Of a stretch of 64,000 bases of DNA, positions 24,762 through 36,811 are shown one piece after another. The DNA comes from Malacoraja senta (taxonomy: Eukaryota), in assembly GCA_038087875.1 (NCBI GenBank), contig CM075989.1, positions 8,124,001 through 8,188,000 on the forward strand, in the 5' to 3' direction. Numbering within the stretch: the first letter of the stretch is position 1; the number at the start of each line of letters is the position of its first letter. The translations under genes and the position numbers were made by a program. The notes below the pieces were generated by a model. That model saw only the letters and a list, made by a program, of their open reading frames with translations, did no database searches and was not told where the DNA came from.

Positions 24762-25408
24762 TGGCATGTTGGCCTTTATATCAAGAGGAGTCGAGTACAG
24801 GAGCAAAGAGGTCCTTCTGCAGTTGTACAGAGCCTTAGTGAGACCACACCTGGAGTATTGTGTGCAGTTTTGGTCCCCTAATTTGAGGAAGGACATTCTT
24901 GCTATTGAAGGAGTGCAGCGTAGGTTTACAAGGTTAATTCCCGGGATGGCGGGACTGTCATTTGCTGAGAGAATGGAGCGGCTGGGCTTGTACACTCTGG
25001 AGTTTAGAAGGATGAGAGGGGATCTTATTGAAACATATAAGATTGTTAAGCGTTTGGACAAGCTAGAGGCAGGAAACATGTTCCCGATGTTGGGGGAGTC
25101 CAGAACCAGGGGCCACAGTTTAAGAATAAGGGGTAAGCCATTTAGAACGGAGACGAGGAAACACTTTTTCTCACAGAGAGTTGTGAGTCTGTGGAATTCT
25201 CTGCCTCAGAGGGTGGTGGAGGCCGGTTCTCTGGATACTTTCAAGAGAGAGCTAGATAGGGCTTTTAAAGATAGCAGAGTCAGGGGATATGGGGAGAAGG
25301 CAGGAACGGGGTACTGATTGGGGATGATCATCCATGATCACATTGAATGGCGGTGCTGGCTCAAAAGGCCGAATGGCCTACTCCTGCACCTATTGTCTAT
25401 TGTCTATG
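24762..25408 (+). mobile_element. CR1-like LINE 3' fragment with an open frame (relatively young)
   Basis: Uninterrupted GMLAFISRGVEYRSKEVLLQLYRALVRPHLEYCVQFWSP...YGEKAGTGY* (stop 25317); tail ctattgtctattgtctat. Confidence 0.93.
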
Positions 25409-25526
25409 ATGTGATTTAAAATGATGACCTGCATTAGTACATAATTGCACCTCTCATCACCTCAACAACAAATTTTGGAAAAGTACAAATTTTGTGGCAA
25501 TATTTGCTTTTGTTGGGAGTCAATTG

Positions 25527-26150
25527 CTTTTACAGGTGTACAGTAGAGAGCATGTTGGCTGGTGGCATCACAGCCTGGTTCAGCAACTCAAATGCCCAGG
25601 AGTGAAGAAAATTGCAAAAAGTGTTGAACACCTCCCAATCCATCATGGGAACTGACCTCCCCACCATCAAAGGGATCTGCAAGTCGCTGCCTCAAAAAGG
25701 CAGTCAACATCAGCAGAGACCCACACCTGGCCACACTCTCATTTCACTCCTGCCATCGGGAAGAAGATATAGGAGCCTAAAATCCTATATTTTATTTTAA
25801 TAAATCCTATATTAAAATCCTATATGATTATTTTATTCTGTATCCAAGATGGCTGCCAGAAGGGAGTGTGGACGCTGGCGCGGATTAGCTGCCGCTGCTC
25901 TCTCTTCATATTGTGTTTTTGATTTTTGTCTTTGGATTGAATTCTGTCTTTAATTTGTGTACTGGTGATGTCTTTACTATTTATCTCATTCCGCTTACAT
26001 GTTTTCGCTAAATTTTGTAAGGTATCCTTGAGACTCTTGAAAGGCGCCCATAAATAAAATGTATTATTATTATTATTAAAATCAGTAACGTCCAGGTTCA
26101 GGAGCAGCTTCTTCCCTACAACTATCAGTCTACTAAACACTACAACCTCC
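25527..26150 (+). mobile_element. Rex1/Babar-like fragment split by a nested insertion
   Basis: ...GHTLISLLPSGRRYRSLKS breaks at 25784 and resumes at 26084 with VTSRFRSSFFPTTISLLN. Confidence 0.75.
25785..26076 (+). mobile_element. Short non-autonomous retroposon with L2-like 3' tail and (TAT)n end
   Basis: TSD TAAAATC at 25778-25784 and 26077-26083. Ends gtaaggtatccttgagactcttgaaaggcgcccataaataaaatg(tat)n. Confidence 0.7.
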
Positions 26151-26554
26151 AAATAAGTTATGAACTATATTGACTTGGGAGCATTATTTTTGGCATTGCA
26201 CTACTATTGTTGATCATCTGGAGAAACAACATGAGATTAGTATTGAACACAGGCCACCGGAGCTGTGCGGCAGCACCCACTGCCATGACATTCATTGTCA
26301 GATGACAGGCAAAGATTCATTTTTATTTATTTTTCTTCCCCCAAAGTATAGCACAGCAGCATGGTACATAGAAAGTCTGCATCTGATGTAGGTTGCTGCC
26401 CACAATTCACCTCATGATTTTGTTCTTCATCATGTAAACACAAAGATCAGGCCCATAACTCGAGTTCCACATTTCCGCTGACATCGGAGGTGACCATTCA
26501 CCCTGTTGAGTCTAGTGCACAGACTCTCACATCAATATTCCTTAGAAGCTAGTA

Positions 26555-26845
26555 GTTTTGTTTAGTTTAGCGTGGAAACAGTCCCTTCGGCCACCGAGTC
26601 TCAGCCGAGCAGCGATCCCCGTACACTAGGCCTATACCACACATTAGGGACAATTTACAATTTTTACCGAAGCCAGTTAACTAACAAACCTGTACGTCTT
26701 TGGAGTGTAGAAGGAAACCCGAGGGGAAAACCCACGCGGTCACGGGGAGAACGTACAAACTCTGTACAGAAAGCACCGATAGTTAGGATCAAACCCGGGT
26801 CTCTGGCACTGTAAGGCAGCAACTCCACCATTGTGCTACCACAGC
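26555..26845 (-). mobile_element. V-SINE (HE1-like)
   Basis: Reverse complement of the 909-1205 type, tail (ctaaa)n. Confidence 0.85.
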
Positions 26846-28439
26846 GCACTGTTCTCTTCACATTCCCATCGGCTCTCCCAGATTCCTCCCAATTAACTTA
26901 GCACCATGTACACCTTTGGTTTGTGAGCGGAAGCATGAGCTCCTGGAGGAAACCCATGCTTGCACATGGAGAAATATGCAAACTCCATGCGGACAGAGGA
27001 CAGCTGCACTATCATCCGGCAAGGCCAAAGCCTGCACCTACAACCCAGCTGCCAGGACAACAGGCCTTTTATAGCCAAGTTAAGATTCCACATTGTGAAT
27101 AACTTAGAACATGAACGAATCAAGATGCTGCCGGATGCATGACAACTCTTGTGTACTGCCTCAGTGTAACCTACTATATACACTCATGTACTTAAGTATA
27201 ATTGTGCCTATGTATAGTAAGATTTTTATGAACATTATGCAAAAAGGAATTTCACTGTACTTAGGTATATGTGACAATTAAGCACCATTGAGATTGTGGT
27301 TTCCTCAAAATGCTCAAACAGGAAGGGAATGTGTGCTTCATTTGGTCCCTTTGAACACGAGACAGGAGCAGAATGAGGCAATTCGGCCCATTGAGTCTGC
27401 TCCATCATTCTTTCATGGCTGATCTATTTTTCCCCTCTCAATCCCATTCTCCTGCCTCCTCCCCAGAGCCATCAGGATTGAACCTGGATTACTGACACAG
27501 TGGGGCAGCTTCCCAACTAGCTGCGCCTCTCGAAGGAAGGAGAAATAAGAAGACGGAAGCAGTCTTCTCATTTCAATTGCACGGTAATTCTTGAAAGAGC
27601 AAGTGACTCTGGCGGAATTGCTGCTATTGTGTAGAAAACCAGAAAATTAACAAGTCTTCAATTGGGTGCAATCTTACACTTGGCACTCCCAAGACACCAG
27701 CACAGGGGAGGTAGGTCAATTGTTGGACGAATGCCAGATTGTCTGGGAATCATGTAGTAAAAATACATTCACCTATAATAAATATCTATGGGAGACAAGA
27801 GAAGATTGTTTAGTCATTTATGTGAAGATGATCCAGAGAGCAATAAACAGGCAGCAACAGTAAAGAGTATCCATGGAATATATGGTCAGAAGATGATGGA
27901 TGTAGCAATCTTGTGCACTTGCACAGTAAGCCTACTTAAAGCCACTTGCTCATGTACCTTCCACACATAAATATCCACACGGTTGGATTGTGCAATGCCC
28001 TCCCAGTGAATGCATGGCAGTCCAAAATTGATTTCCCCCCCAGAGTAAACTGTGTCCACAACCATTTCCAAGTGGAAATGCAGCAATTACAAAGTTAGCC
28101 TGGGCACCACTGATCACAAACCATCCCTGATGTTTGCCTGCCACCAAATGTGCATCTAATGCCATCAGTCATCCTACAAAACATGTTTCAATCCCTCCCG
28201 ACATAAACTGAAGCCTAAATCGCTATAAACAAGTGTTGTGGAACACATAGGGAGCACATCGTGCAATGGCCTTCACTTAGTCACGAGTTAAAGGGCTGAC
28301 ACTGATTTGACTGCACACTGCCAAAGCATCTTGTGGCTTCTTCAAAGAGCTCACATAGGAAGGGAATGTGTGCTGCAACATTTGGTTCCTCTGACCACAA
28401 GACATCGGTGCAGAATTGGGCCCCGAGTCCGCTTCGCAA

Positions 28440-28940
28440 TACGATCACGGCTGATCTATTTTTCCCTCTCAACCCCATTCTCCTGCCTTCTCCCCATAAC
28501 CTTTGACACCCTTAAGGGCCTGTCCCACTTGGCTATTTTTTTCAGCGACTGCTGGCATCATTGACTGACGTATCAGGTCACCGAAAAATTTGCGGCGTGA
28601 CGTGGCGGTGAATGGGCGAGATGACGTATGACGCGCGGTGTTTTGTTTTTCAAGTGTCGCAACATTTTTTTGTCGCCGCTGGGTTTTGAAATGTTCAAAA
28701 TCTTTTGGCAACACAGATATGACGACGGTAATCGCCGAAAAAAATTGCCAAGTGGGAAAGGCCCTTTACTAATCAAGAACCTATCAATTGCCACATTAAC
28801 ATTATCCAATGTCTTCCATCTGAGTCAATGAATTCCAGATTTACCACCCTCTGGCTAAAGAAATTCCTCCACATCTCCATTCTAAAAGGTATGTCCTTTT
28901 AATCGGAGGCTATGTTCTCTAGTCCTAGACTCTCCCCAAT
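28440..28940 (-). mobile_element. CR1-like 3' fragment hosting a MITE
   Basis: tcaaccccattctcctgccttctccccataacctttgacaccc-TTA-[MITE]-ctaatcaagaacctatc...tctagtcctagactctccc. Confidence 0.8.
28515..28765. mobile_element. PIF/Harbinger-type MITE, 251 bp
   Basis: TIRs AGGGCCTGTCCCACTTGGC / GCCAAGTGGGAAAGGCCCT (1 mismatch in 19). TSD TTA at 28512-28514 and 28766-28768; removing the element restores the CR1. Confidence 0.88.
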
Positions 28941-29629
28941 TTACCCATCCTTCATGGTGAAAGTCCAAGGTCATGTTTTGGGTGCCAGTCACAATTCCAT
29001 AGTGGTTACCATCATCATCTTCCTCCTTCACTTCTGCTCGCTGTGCTCCACTGCCTCTGACGTGGTGGCGACAGGGACGTGCGGCTCTCTCTCATATGCT
29101 ACGCTTCCTCTGGTATGGTGGTGGGGGCGCAATGGGAGGGTGAGAGGCAGGTCTCTCCTTTTATTCCACTAAGACAAGAGTTCTACATCCAAATGAAGCT
29201 TCTGATGATGGAGCCACACACAGTCAAGATGTTTTCTGTGGATCGTTGCAAAATAAAATGTTGTCAGTTGATATTCTCTCCCCAAAGCTTATGCCTTCCC
29301 TCTAAAATATACTATGCAGTATATACATGCTTCAAGAATTCCTAACCTGAGGTGTTTTGCTCAGGGAAATTACATGAGGGGAACTAATCAATCTTATTTT
29401 GGGTTTGATGTGGAATATTTAATTACGATCGAAAATCTGTCTCAGTGGTTTGCTGAGAACAACTTGCTGTGAAACACACTCATCATATCTTTGCCGCCAT
29501 ATTCAACATACATTTGCCAGGAGTGGACAGTTAACAAAGAGCTTGCAGAGATGATCCAAGATCAAGCAAGCTATATATTGATTGCTTCATTGTAGAAACA
29601 TGGAATATTGTCATTGTAGAAAGATGGAA

Positions 29630-29812
29630 TTTCTCCTGGTGCTCCAGTTTCCTCCCACACTCCAAAGATGTACAGGTTTGAAGGTTAATTGGCTTCTGTA
29701 AATTATAAATTGTCCCTAGTGTGCAGGATAGTGCTAGAGTATGGGGTGGTCGCTGGTTGGAGCGGACCCGGTGGGCCTGCTCCACACTGTACCTCTGAAG
29801 TCTAAAGTTAAA
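29630..29812 (+). mobile_element. V-SINE, 5'-truncated
   Basis: tggtgctccagtttcctcccacactccaaagatgtacagg...ggacccggtgggcc...tctaaagttaaa. Confidence 0.8.
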
Positions 29813-29994
29813 GAACGTAAACATCAGTGCGAGATATAAGGAACTTGTGGCATGACATATTAAGGGTTGTGTGCAAGGCAAACATGGGCGACCTTTGATC
29901 CATCGCTGCCCAATCCTCTCCACCAATGGGTTTTCTTATGTCTGGGTTTGATGTAGAATATTTAATTAATTTGAAATCAAATGCTACCAATCTG

Positions 29995-30450
29995 CAATAA
30001 AACCAGAAAATACTGGGAAATATTCAGCAAACCAAATTGTATCTGTGGAGAGAGAAACAGAGTTAATGACTCAGGACACACTAGGAACTGCAGATACTGG
30101 AATCTTGAGTAAAGCACAAAGTGCTGGAGGAACTCAGTGCAACAGGCAGCATCTGTGGAGTGAATGGACAAGTTATGCTCCAGGTCTGGACCCTTCTTTC
30201 ACATTGAAGATGGGTCCCAACACGAAATGTTATGATTATTCCCTCCACGGATGCTGCCTGACCTAGTGAGTTCCTCCAGCATCTTTTATTGAGGCTTCAA
30301 GATCTTTCTTCAGATTCATTGCTGATTAAACAACAATTTTCAATACAAGGAACAGCAGATGCTGGTTTCCAAGAAAAGACACAAAAGTGCTGGAGTAACT
30401 CAGCAGGCCAGGCAACATCTCTGGTGACACCTCCGTTGGGACCTTTCTTT
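29995..30450. mobile_element. Cluster of Penelope-like terminal fragments including a fold-back copy
   Basis: aggaactgcagatactgg...gtgctggaggaactcag (30083-30136) inverted against ggatgctgcctgacctagtgagttcctccagca (30250-30281); another copy at 30347-30450. Confidence 0.65.
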
Positions 30451-31344
30451 AGGCAATTCCTTCACCTTTTTTTAACCAAATGAAGATAACGTCAGAAAGA
30501 AAACTAGATGTATATTAAGCCTTTTTGTTATCCCAGCAAGTTTTAGAGATTTAAATCAAACTTGAAGAATTTCTTCTCTCTCGGCTTTAGTCCTGCCGTT
30601 TCCTATTTTTAGCTGAAGCTTTGCAGGTTATTTTTCGGGATACTACAAGTTGGAAAATCAGCCTCTACAAATTAAATATTCTGCATTGAGCTGCACTCTT
30701 TGATTTGAGTATTTTAAAACTAAAGCACATGTATCCAAAACTAAGGCACTGAACATTTCTATATTTCCCATTGAAGACATTAAGCAACTGGCAATTCAAA
30801 ATGATCACCGAGATAATGCTTTTCTTTCTCTGGCTTAACTAGAACAAAGTTGATAAATATGACAGCGGATGATGTAAAAGTTAAATTAAAAATAACACAT
30901 TTGTTTTTGGTTGCCAAATACATCTGCTACTTGAGATCAAAGAACAGCATTAATTTTCCAGCTGCCTTCATAATGTAGCCACGTAGACTGGTTTATAATA
31001 ATTCCCCCGGCTCTCACCCACATAACACGGAGCAATGACATGTCGCTTTCCAGAGCTTAAAGCAATTATAATTTGATTTCGCTTTGCAGCCCATCACCCC
31101 TCAGGGTTATTAGACTTTCCAATCACATCTTGCAGATTCCACCCTGCACTCTCTCCTCCCCCAACACAATCCCTTTAATTGCTGCAAGTCCAGGCAGTCA
31201 ACTTCTCCATGCACCAGAGAACATCTTGCAAAATTATTCTTCAGACGGAGGAGATTGTCATCTTTACAAACTTGGGTTACAACCTGGGGCATTACTGAGG
31301 GAGGGGTACATTGCTAAAGAGGCAACCTTTTAGGTCAGCTTCGA

Positions 31345-31840
31345 GAAAGAGCATGGAAAAAGATCCTTTGACCCACTGAGTGCACGTCGAACATCGATCA
31401 CCGTTCACACTAGTTCTGTTATCCCACTTTCGCATCCGCTCCCTACACATTAGGGTCAATTTTACAGAGGCCAATTAATCAACAAACCGGAGCACCTGGA
31501 GGAAATCCACTCAGTCATGTGCAAACTCCACACAGACAGCAGCCGAGGTCGGGATTAAACGTAGAATTTGGTGCTGAGACAGAAGCTCTACCAGCTGTGC
31601 CACCTGTTCAACAATTAAACAAAAAATCCCTGCCCGTTTCCGTAGTTTAGAGATATGGTGGGGAAACAGGCCTATTGGCCCACCGAGTCTGTGCCGACCA
31701 GCAATCCCCATACACTAGGACTACCCTACACACTAGGGACATTTTTACAATTTTTACAGAAGTCACCGGGGAAAACCTATGTGAGAACGTAAAAACTCCG
31801 TACAGACAGCACCCATAGTCAGGATTGAACCCAGGTATCT
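31345..31840 (-). mobile_element. Two tandem V-SINE copies (about 31345-31605 and 31645-31840), internally deleted
   Basis: Both show the ggaaac/aaggcc...ccacc/tgagt tail and actcc..acagacagca...gtc.ggatt.aac head motifs. Confidence 0.75.
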
Positions 31841-32289
31841 ACCGCTGGCCAATGTCTGGCCCTTAGTGGAGCAGAAGAAATCTTACAGTTGAACTTACGA
31901 AACACAAGTTTTCTTGCATCCCAGTCCTTCATAACAATTTAAAAAAAATTTGCTCCAACCTAAGAATTTTAAAATTATTTTTCCTTGTGCTTGTATTTCA
32001 AAAACCTTGGAAAGTCCTATTAACGTTATTGTTATCAGGCTCACAATCAGATGGGTCATCCCCTTTCCAGCTATTGAATGGTGAAGGCCACAAAAAACAA
32101 CACAACTTCATCCATCTGTTTGAGTTCGGCAACGTTAGATCACAGTTAATTCTCTCAATCCTCCCCCTCAGGGTGTACTGGTTATGATTCAGCTGTTATT
32201 ATTAACAGCTACCTTTACTTTTTATCTTCCTCCACTTATCACTTCACAGGGAAACAAGATGACAGGATCAGGATCACGGTTGATCTACT

Positions 32290-33050
32290 CCAGGCTTTGT
32301 GCTAAGTGGCCCTAGCACTCAATACTCCTTTCTCCCAAACACTTACCCACCTCCACTCTAATCAGCTGGCCGCCACAACTCTCTGCGTCAGAGAACTTCA
32401 TACATTCACCACCCTCTGTAAGAAGAAATTTCCCTGTACCTTGGTTTTAAATGGCATGCCTCTTCTCGAGTCCCTGGTGAAAACATCTCAATATCTACAC
32501 TGTTGTGCCCCTTAGGATTTTATACCTTTCGATAAGATCATCTCTCATTCTTCTACAAAGAATGCAGACCCAAAATCAGTTTAGCCTCTTGACGGGATAA
32601 TCCTCTCATGCCACGAATCGGCCTGGTGATTCTCCTTTAGACCGTTCCAGCGTTGTTGCATCGTTTCTCAGAAACCCGTTCCTAGTGCTCTGGGTGAGGT
32701 CTCATCAACATCTGTATAATTGCAACTTCCCGATTTCCAAATACCAACACCTATGCAATAACTAAGGCAAATTGTATATTGCCATTTAAATACTTCTTGT
32801 ATCTGGTTACTAACCTTCTTGTGGTTCATGCACAAAAACACTTGGATTCCCTTGTACTTCACTCGTTTGCAGTCTTTCCATTTAGATGACCTTTTCATTC
32901 CTCTTCCTAACTCATGCCGTCTGCCACTAAACTCCATTCGCCTGGATTTCACCAATTTACTCATCCATCTATAATCCATTCCCATTGCAGAATCATAATA
33001 TTCCCTTCCACCTTTGGTGTCATCGACTAACCTTGTATCCTTTGACATTT
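32290..33050 (-). mobile_element. Old degenerate CR1-like RT 3' region
   Basis: Minus strand DDTKGG, ttgatgagacctcacccagagcac (RPHLE-like), and acagagggtggtgaatgtatgaagttctctg (RVVNxWNSL-like). Confidence 0.6.
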
Positions 33051-33701
33051 AAAAAAGGGGGAAATAAATGCTGAAAATGCTCAGTTCAGTCAGAATTGTC
33101 AGAAAGAGAAAGAGTTAACATCTCAAGCTGGGGATTCTGCTTTAGAGCTGGGAAAGTGGGGAAGCAAGAGTTTCTGATGCAGGGTCTGGACTGGAAACGT
33201 CCACCATCCCTTTGTCTCCAAAGATACAGTATCAGGTACAGAGTTCCACCAACAATTAAATTTGTGCTTAAGTGAGAAAAGAAGTCAGACAGGGTGAAGG
33301 AGGAATGGATTGGACAAAACAGGCATTCCCAGGCTTCTGAGATATGATTTGCATCCTCGAACATCTTTTAAAACCTCCTCACCAAACCTGCCTTTTCATT
33401 TCCTCACCATAGAAAACACCTGGTCTTTTGAATACTTCCATCAATGCGTTCTTTTAATTTCAAAGGCTAAAACTTGACAGAACATTCAATCATGGAGGAA
33501 TTAGGAACTACAGATGATGGAATCTTGTGTAGAACACAAAGTGCCGGAGGACCGCAGTGGTCAGAAAGTTGCCTTGCCCGCTGAGTCACTCCGACATTTT
33601 GTGTTCAGAGCACTAATCATACTTGGTACTTTTCTGATGGAACGTCTGTTTTACAGCAAGCAGTATTGTCATTGTTTGAACCACTGGGGCAGCCGATCAG
33701 A

Positions 33702-33812
33702 GGGGTGGAAGATTGCAACCTTCACGTGGTCCGCCCTGTTTCGACTAATGCAATCAACTCGACGTGCACAAACGGAAGATCAAATAGAACAAGTTGTCCA
33801 CACGAAAGAAGA
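33702..33812 (+). mobile_element. Unclassified 111-bp retroposed insertion with (GAA)-type tail and 11-bp TSD
   Basis: AGCCGATCAGA at 33691-33701 and 33813-33823; the body ends cacgaaagaaga. Confidence 0.7.
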
Positions 33813-34027
33813 AGCCGATCAGACACACAAAATGTGAGCCTGGAGTGGGGAGGGCGAGGAGTCCAAGATCACGGCTCATTTCAGTACCAATAAGTTAAAA
33901 TAAGGGTGAGATCCTTCAGGCAGAGTGTAAGGAACAAGAGGTTAAAAATAGCTAAGTTAACCGACAGAAAAATCTGATATTCTGGTATCTAATTGAAAAA
34001 AATCTTGTGTCTGACTCACTCATTGTG

Positions 34028-34303
34028 GGCAGCGGTAGAGTTGCTGCCTTAAAGCAAATGCAGCGCCGGAGACCCGGGTTCAATCCCGACTACGAGTGCT
34101 GTCTGTACGGGGGTTTTCTCCGAGATCTTCGGTTTCCTCCCACACTCCAAAGATGTACAGGTTTGTAGGTTAATTGACTTGGTATAACATGTAAATTGTA
34201 CCTAGTCTGTGTAGGATAGTGTTGATCCACGATAGCGGAGATCGCTGGTCGGCGCGGACCCGGTGGACAGAAGGGTCTGTTTCCGCTCTGAATCTCTAAA
34301 CAA
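34028..34303 (+). mobile_element. V-SINE (HE1-like), subfamily variant
   Basis: gcagcggtagagttgctgcctta...cgggttcaatcccgact...ggtttcctcccacactccaaaga...tctctaaac. Confidence 0.85.
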
Positions 34304-34751
34304 AACATTGTCTGCAGTTTGAGCTAGCAATTTTGAGTAACAGCAGGGGGTACCACAGGAGACACTGGTCAAGACAGCGAGTAGGCTTTGCAGTCATATA
34401 AACAATCGCAGATTGAGAAAATAAATGAATGGGTGGAAAGACAAGTTAGCAATGGACAGATTACATGAATTCAGCAAAGGTCAGCAGTCAAGTGTTTAAT
34501 TGTCATATGCACCAAGAAAGATGAACCACCAGTGAGGAGAGGCCAAGGGTGGTATCAATTTGAAATAAAAGGAATATAATCTTAAAAATTAATGTTAGGC
34601 CAGAAAATTGGAAAATATTTTAAAACCAGCAAAGCCTGATTAAAATATACAAGGGAGAAGATAGAATGACAATAAATTAGCAATTAGCAAATAATATAAA
34701 AACAATAAGAGCATCAACAGACAATAAAAAGCAAGTAGCTAAAGTCAATGT

Positions 34752-34987
34752 GAAAGAAGGAACTGCAGATGCTGGTTTAAACCGAAGATAGACACAAAAA
34801 GCAGGAGTAACTCAGTGGGACAGGCAGCATCTCTGGAGAGAAGGAATGGGTGACGCTTCGGGTCGAGACGTCACCCATTTCAGACCCATTCAGGGCTGAA
34901 GAAGGGCCTCGACCCGAAACGTCACCCATTCCTTCTCTCCAGAGATGCTGCCTGTCCCGCTGAGTTACTCCAGCATTGTGTCTATCT
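34752..34987. mobile_element. 236-bp fold-back Penelope-derived element with 16-bp TSD and hammerhead-like core
   Basis: TAGCTAAAGTCAATGT at 34736-34751 and 34988-35003. Arms ~34786-34868 and ~34906-34987 are near-perfect reverse complements. CTGAAGA-AGGGCCTCGACCC-GAAA-CGTC at 34896-34923. Confidence 0.88.
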
Positions 34988-36208
34988 TAGCTAAAGTCAA
35001 TGTTATTTCGGTAGAGAATGCGACACGGGAATCAATGATGGGAAGTGAAGATAAAACAGAAATTCATCTTGCGTCAGTCTTTAAAGCACAAGACAGAAAA
35101 ACCATCCTGATTATAGATAATTAACGCACTATAATGAAAGAGCAATGTAAAATTATCCCCAACACAGAAAAAGTACAAACATCAACAAATCCCCAGGACA
35201 TGATGGCTTATATCCCAAGGCCTTAATAATGGAATGACAACAGAGATGGTAGATTGCACCAACAAATCCATGGCAAATAGAATGCCACAATTCAAGAAAA
35301 GCGGAGAGACTGAAAGGAAACTTGGAGCCAGTTAAACCAACATCTGTCATTGGGAAATGCTATAATCCATCAAGAAGGGCATGAATAGGGGGTAACTAAC
35401 TAACAGAAAGCATTGGGATAAATGTACCATTTTTGAATTGGTAATAATTTACCGCTGTCCACCAAGATGATTACTTGAGCCATAACGACTGATGACCTTC
35501 ATTGAGGACTTGCAGTAAGAGACCGCAGCCTAATCTGCCAATGATACAAAAGGTAGATGGATTGGAAAATAATAAGGATGTCACAAAGAACTGGCTAGGG
35601 AGTACAGTAGATTAAGTGAATGAACAAGAGGTTGCGTGTTGGAGAATAAATGCGAGAAAAATGTGAGGTTATTTGCTTCGGAAGCAAGAGTGAGACCGTA
35701 ATTATTTAAATTAAGTAAACTAAAACATAGAAGGGATTTTATGGTCCTAATGCAGCTTCGGTAAATTAAGGCAGCTAATAAAATGTTGGCAAAGGGTATG
35801 GAATATATAAGCAGGGAAGTTTTGATACTACTTTGCAGCACAATGTTGAGGCTGCTCACGGGATACTGCAATATGGCTTTGATACTGCATAGGAAGCAGT
35901 ACAGAGAAGATTCACTCCTGGGATGATGCAGTTGATGCATGTATGAATTGTGGTTGAGCGAGTTGGGTCAAAACACAGATTAGAAAATTGAGAGGGGTCA
36001 TCTTGAAGCACAACATTCTGAGAATGACGACGGGATGGTTTTTGCTAGTTGCGGTTATTCAAATCTAAGAGGTCCACCCATTTTCAGCAGAGAAAAAAAG
36101 TGATTCTCTACCCAAGGGAAAATTATTTTTGATCAGTCTTTACAACAGAAGACACCAATAATGGGAGACATTGAATAAACACCAGGGCAGAGGACTGACA
36201 GAAATGTA

Positions 36209-36811
36209 CAGTGGCCTCCTTAATGTTTGGGACAAAGATCCATTTATTTGCCCCTGTACTCCACAATTTGAGATATGCAATAGAAAAAAAAATCACATGT
36301 GGTTAAAGTGCACATTCTCAGATTTTAATAAAGGCCATTTTTATACATTTTGGTTTCACCATGTAGAAATCACAGCTCCCTTTGCAATTAGTAAGTTCAC
36401 CAGTCTTTCTTCTTAATGATGTTCCAAACAGTTGATTTTGGTAAGCCTAAGGTTTGGCTGATGTTTCTAACAGTTTTATTCTTGTTTCTCAGTCTCATAA
36501 TGGCTTCTTTGACTTTCATTGGCACAACTTTGGTCATGTTGATAAACAGCAATAAAAGTTTCCAAAGGTGATTGAAAGAATGGAGGAAAGACTAGGTGCA
36601 GAGAGCTCTCTTATATCTGCATTAAGGAGGTAATAAAACACACCTGAGCAATTACAAACGCCTGTGAAGTCATGTGTCCTAAACATTACGGTGCCCAAAA
36701 ATGGGGGGACGATGTATAAACATAGTTATAATTTCTACATGGTGAAACCAAAATGTATAAAAATAAAATCTGACAATGTGCACTTACTCCCAAACATTAT
36801 GGAGAGCACAG
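36209..36811. mobile_element. Non-autonomous Tc1/mariner element, IR/DR type
   Basis: TA at 36207-36208 and 36812-36813. Ends CAGTGGCCTCCTTAATGTTTGGGA / TCCCAAACATTATGGAGAGCACAG. Long subterminal inverted repeats (aagtgcacatt...ttttggtttcaccatgtagaaat, ~36306-36370 vs ~36730-36785). Internal direct copy of the terminal motif near 36678. No transposase. Confidence 0.82.

Noticed and set aside
24733..25317. 194-aa ORF as a host gene
   Set aside because: It is the C-terminus of CR1 ORF2, with homologous copies throughout the window.
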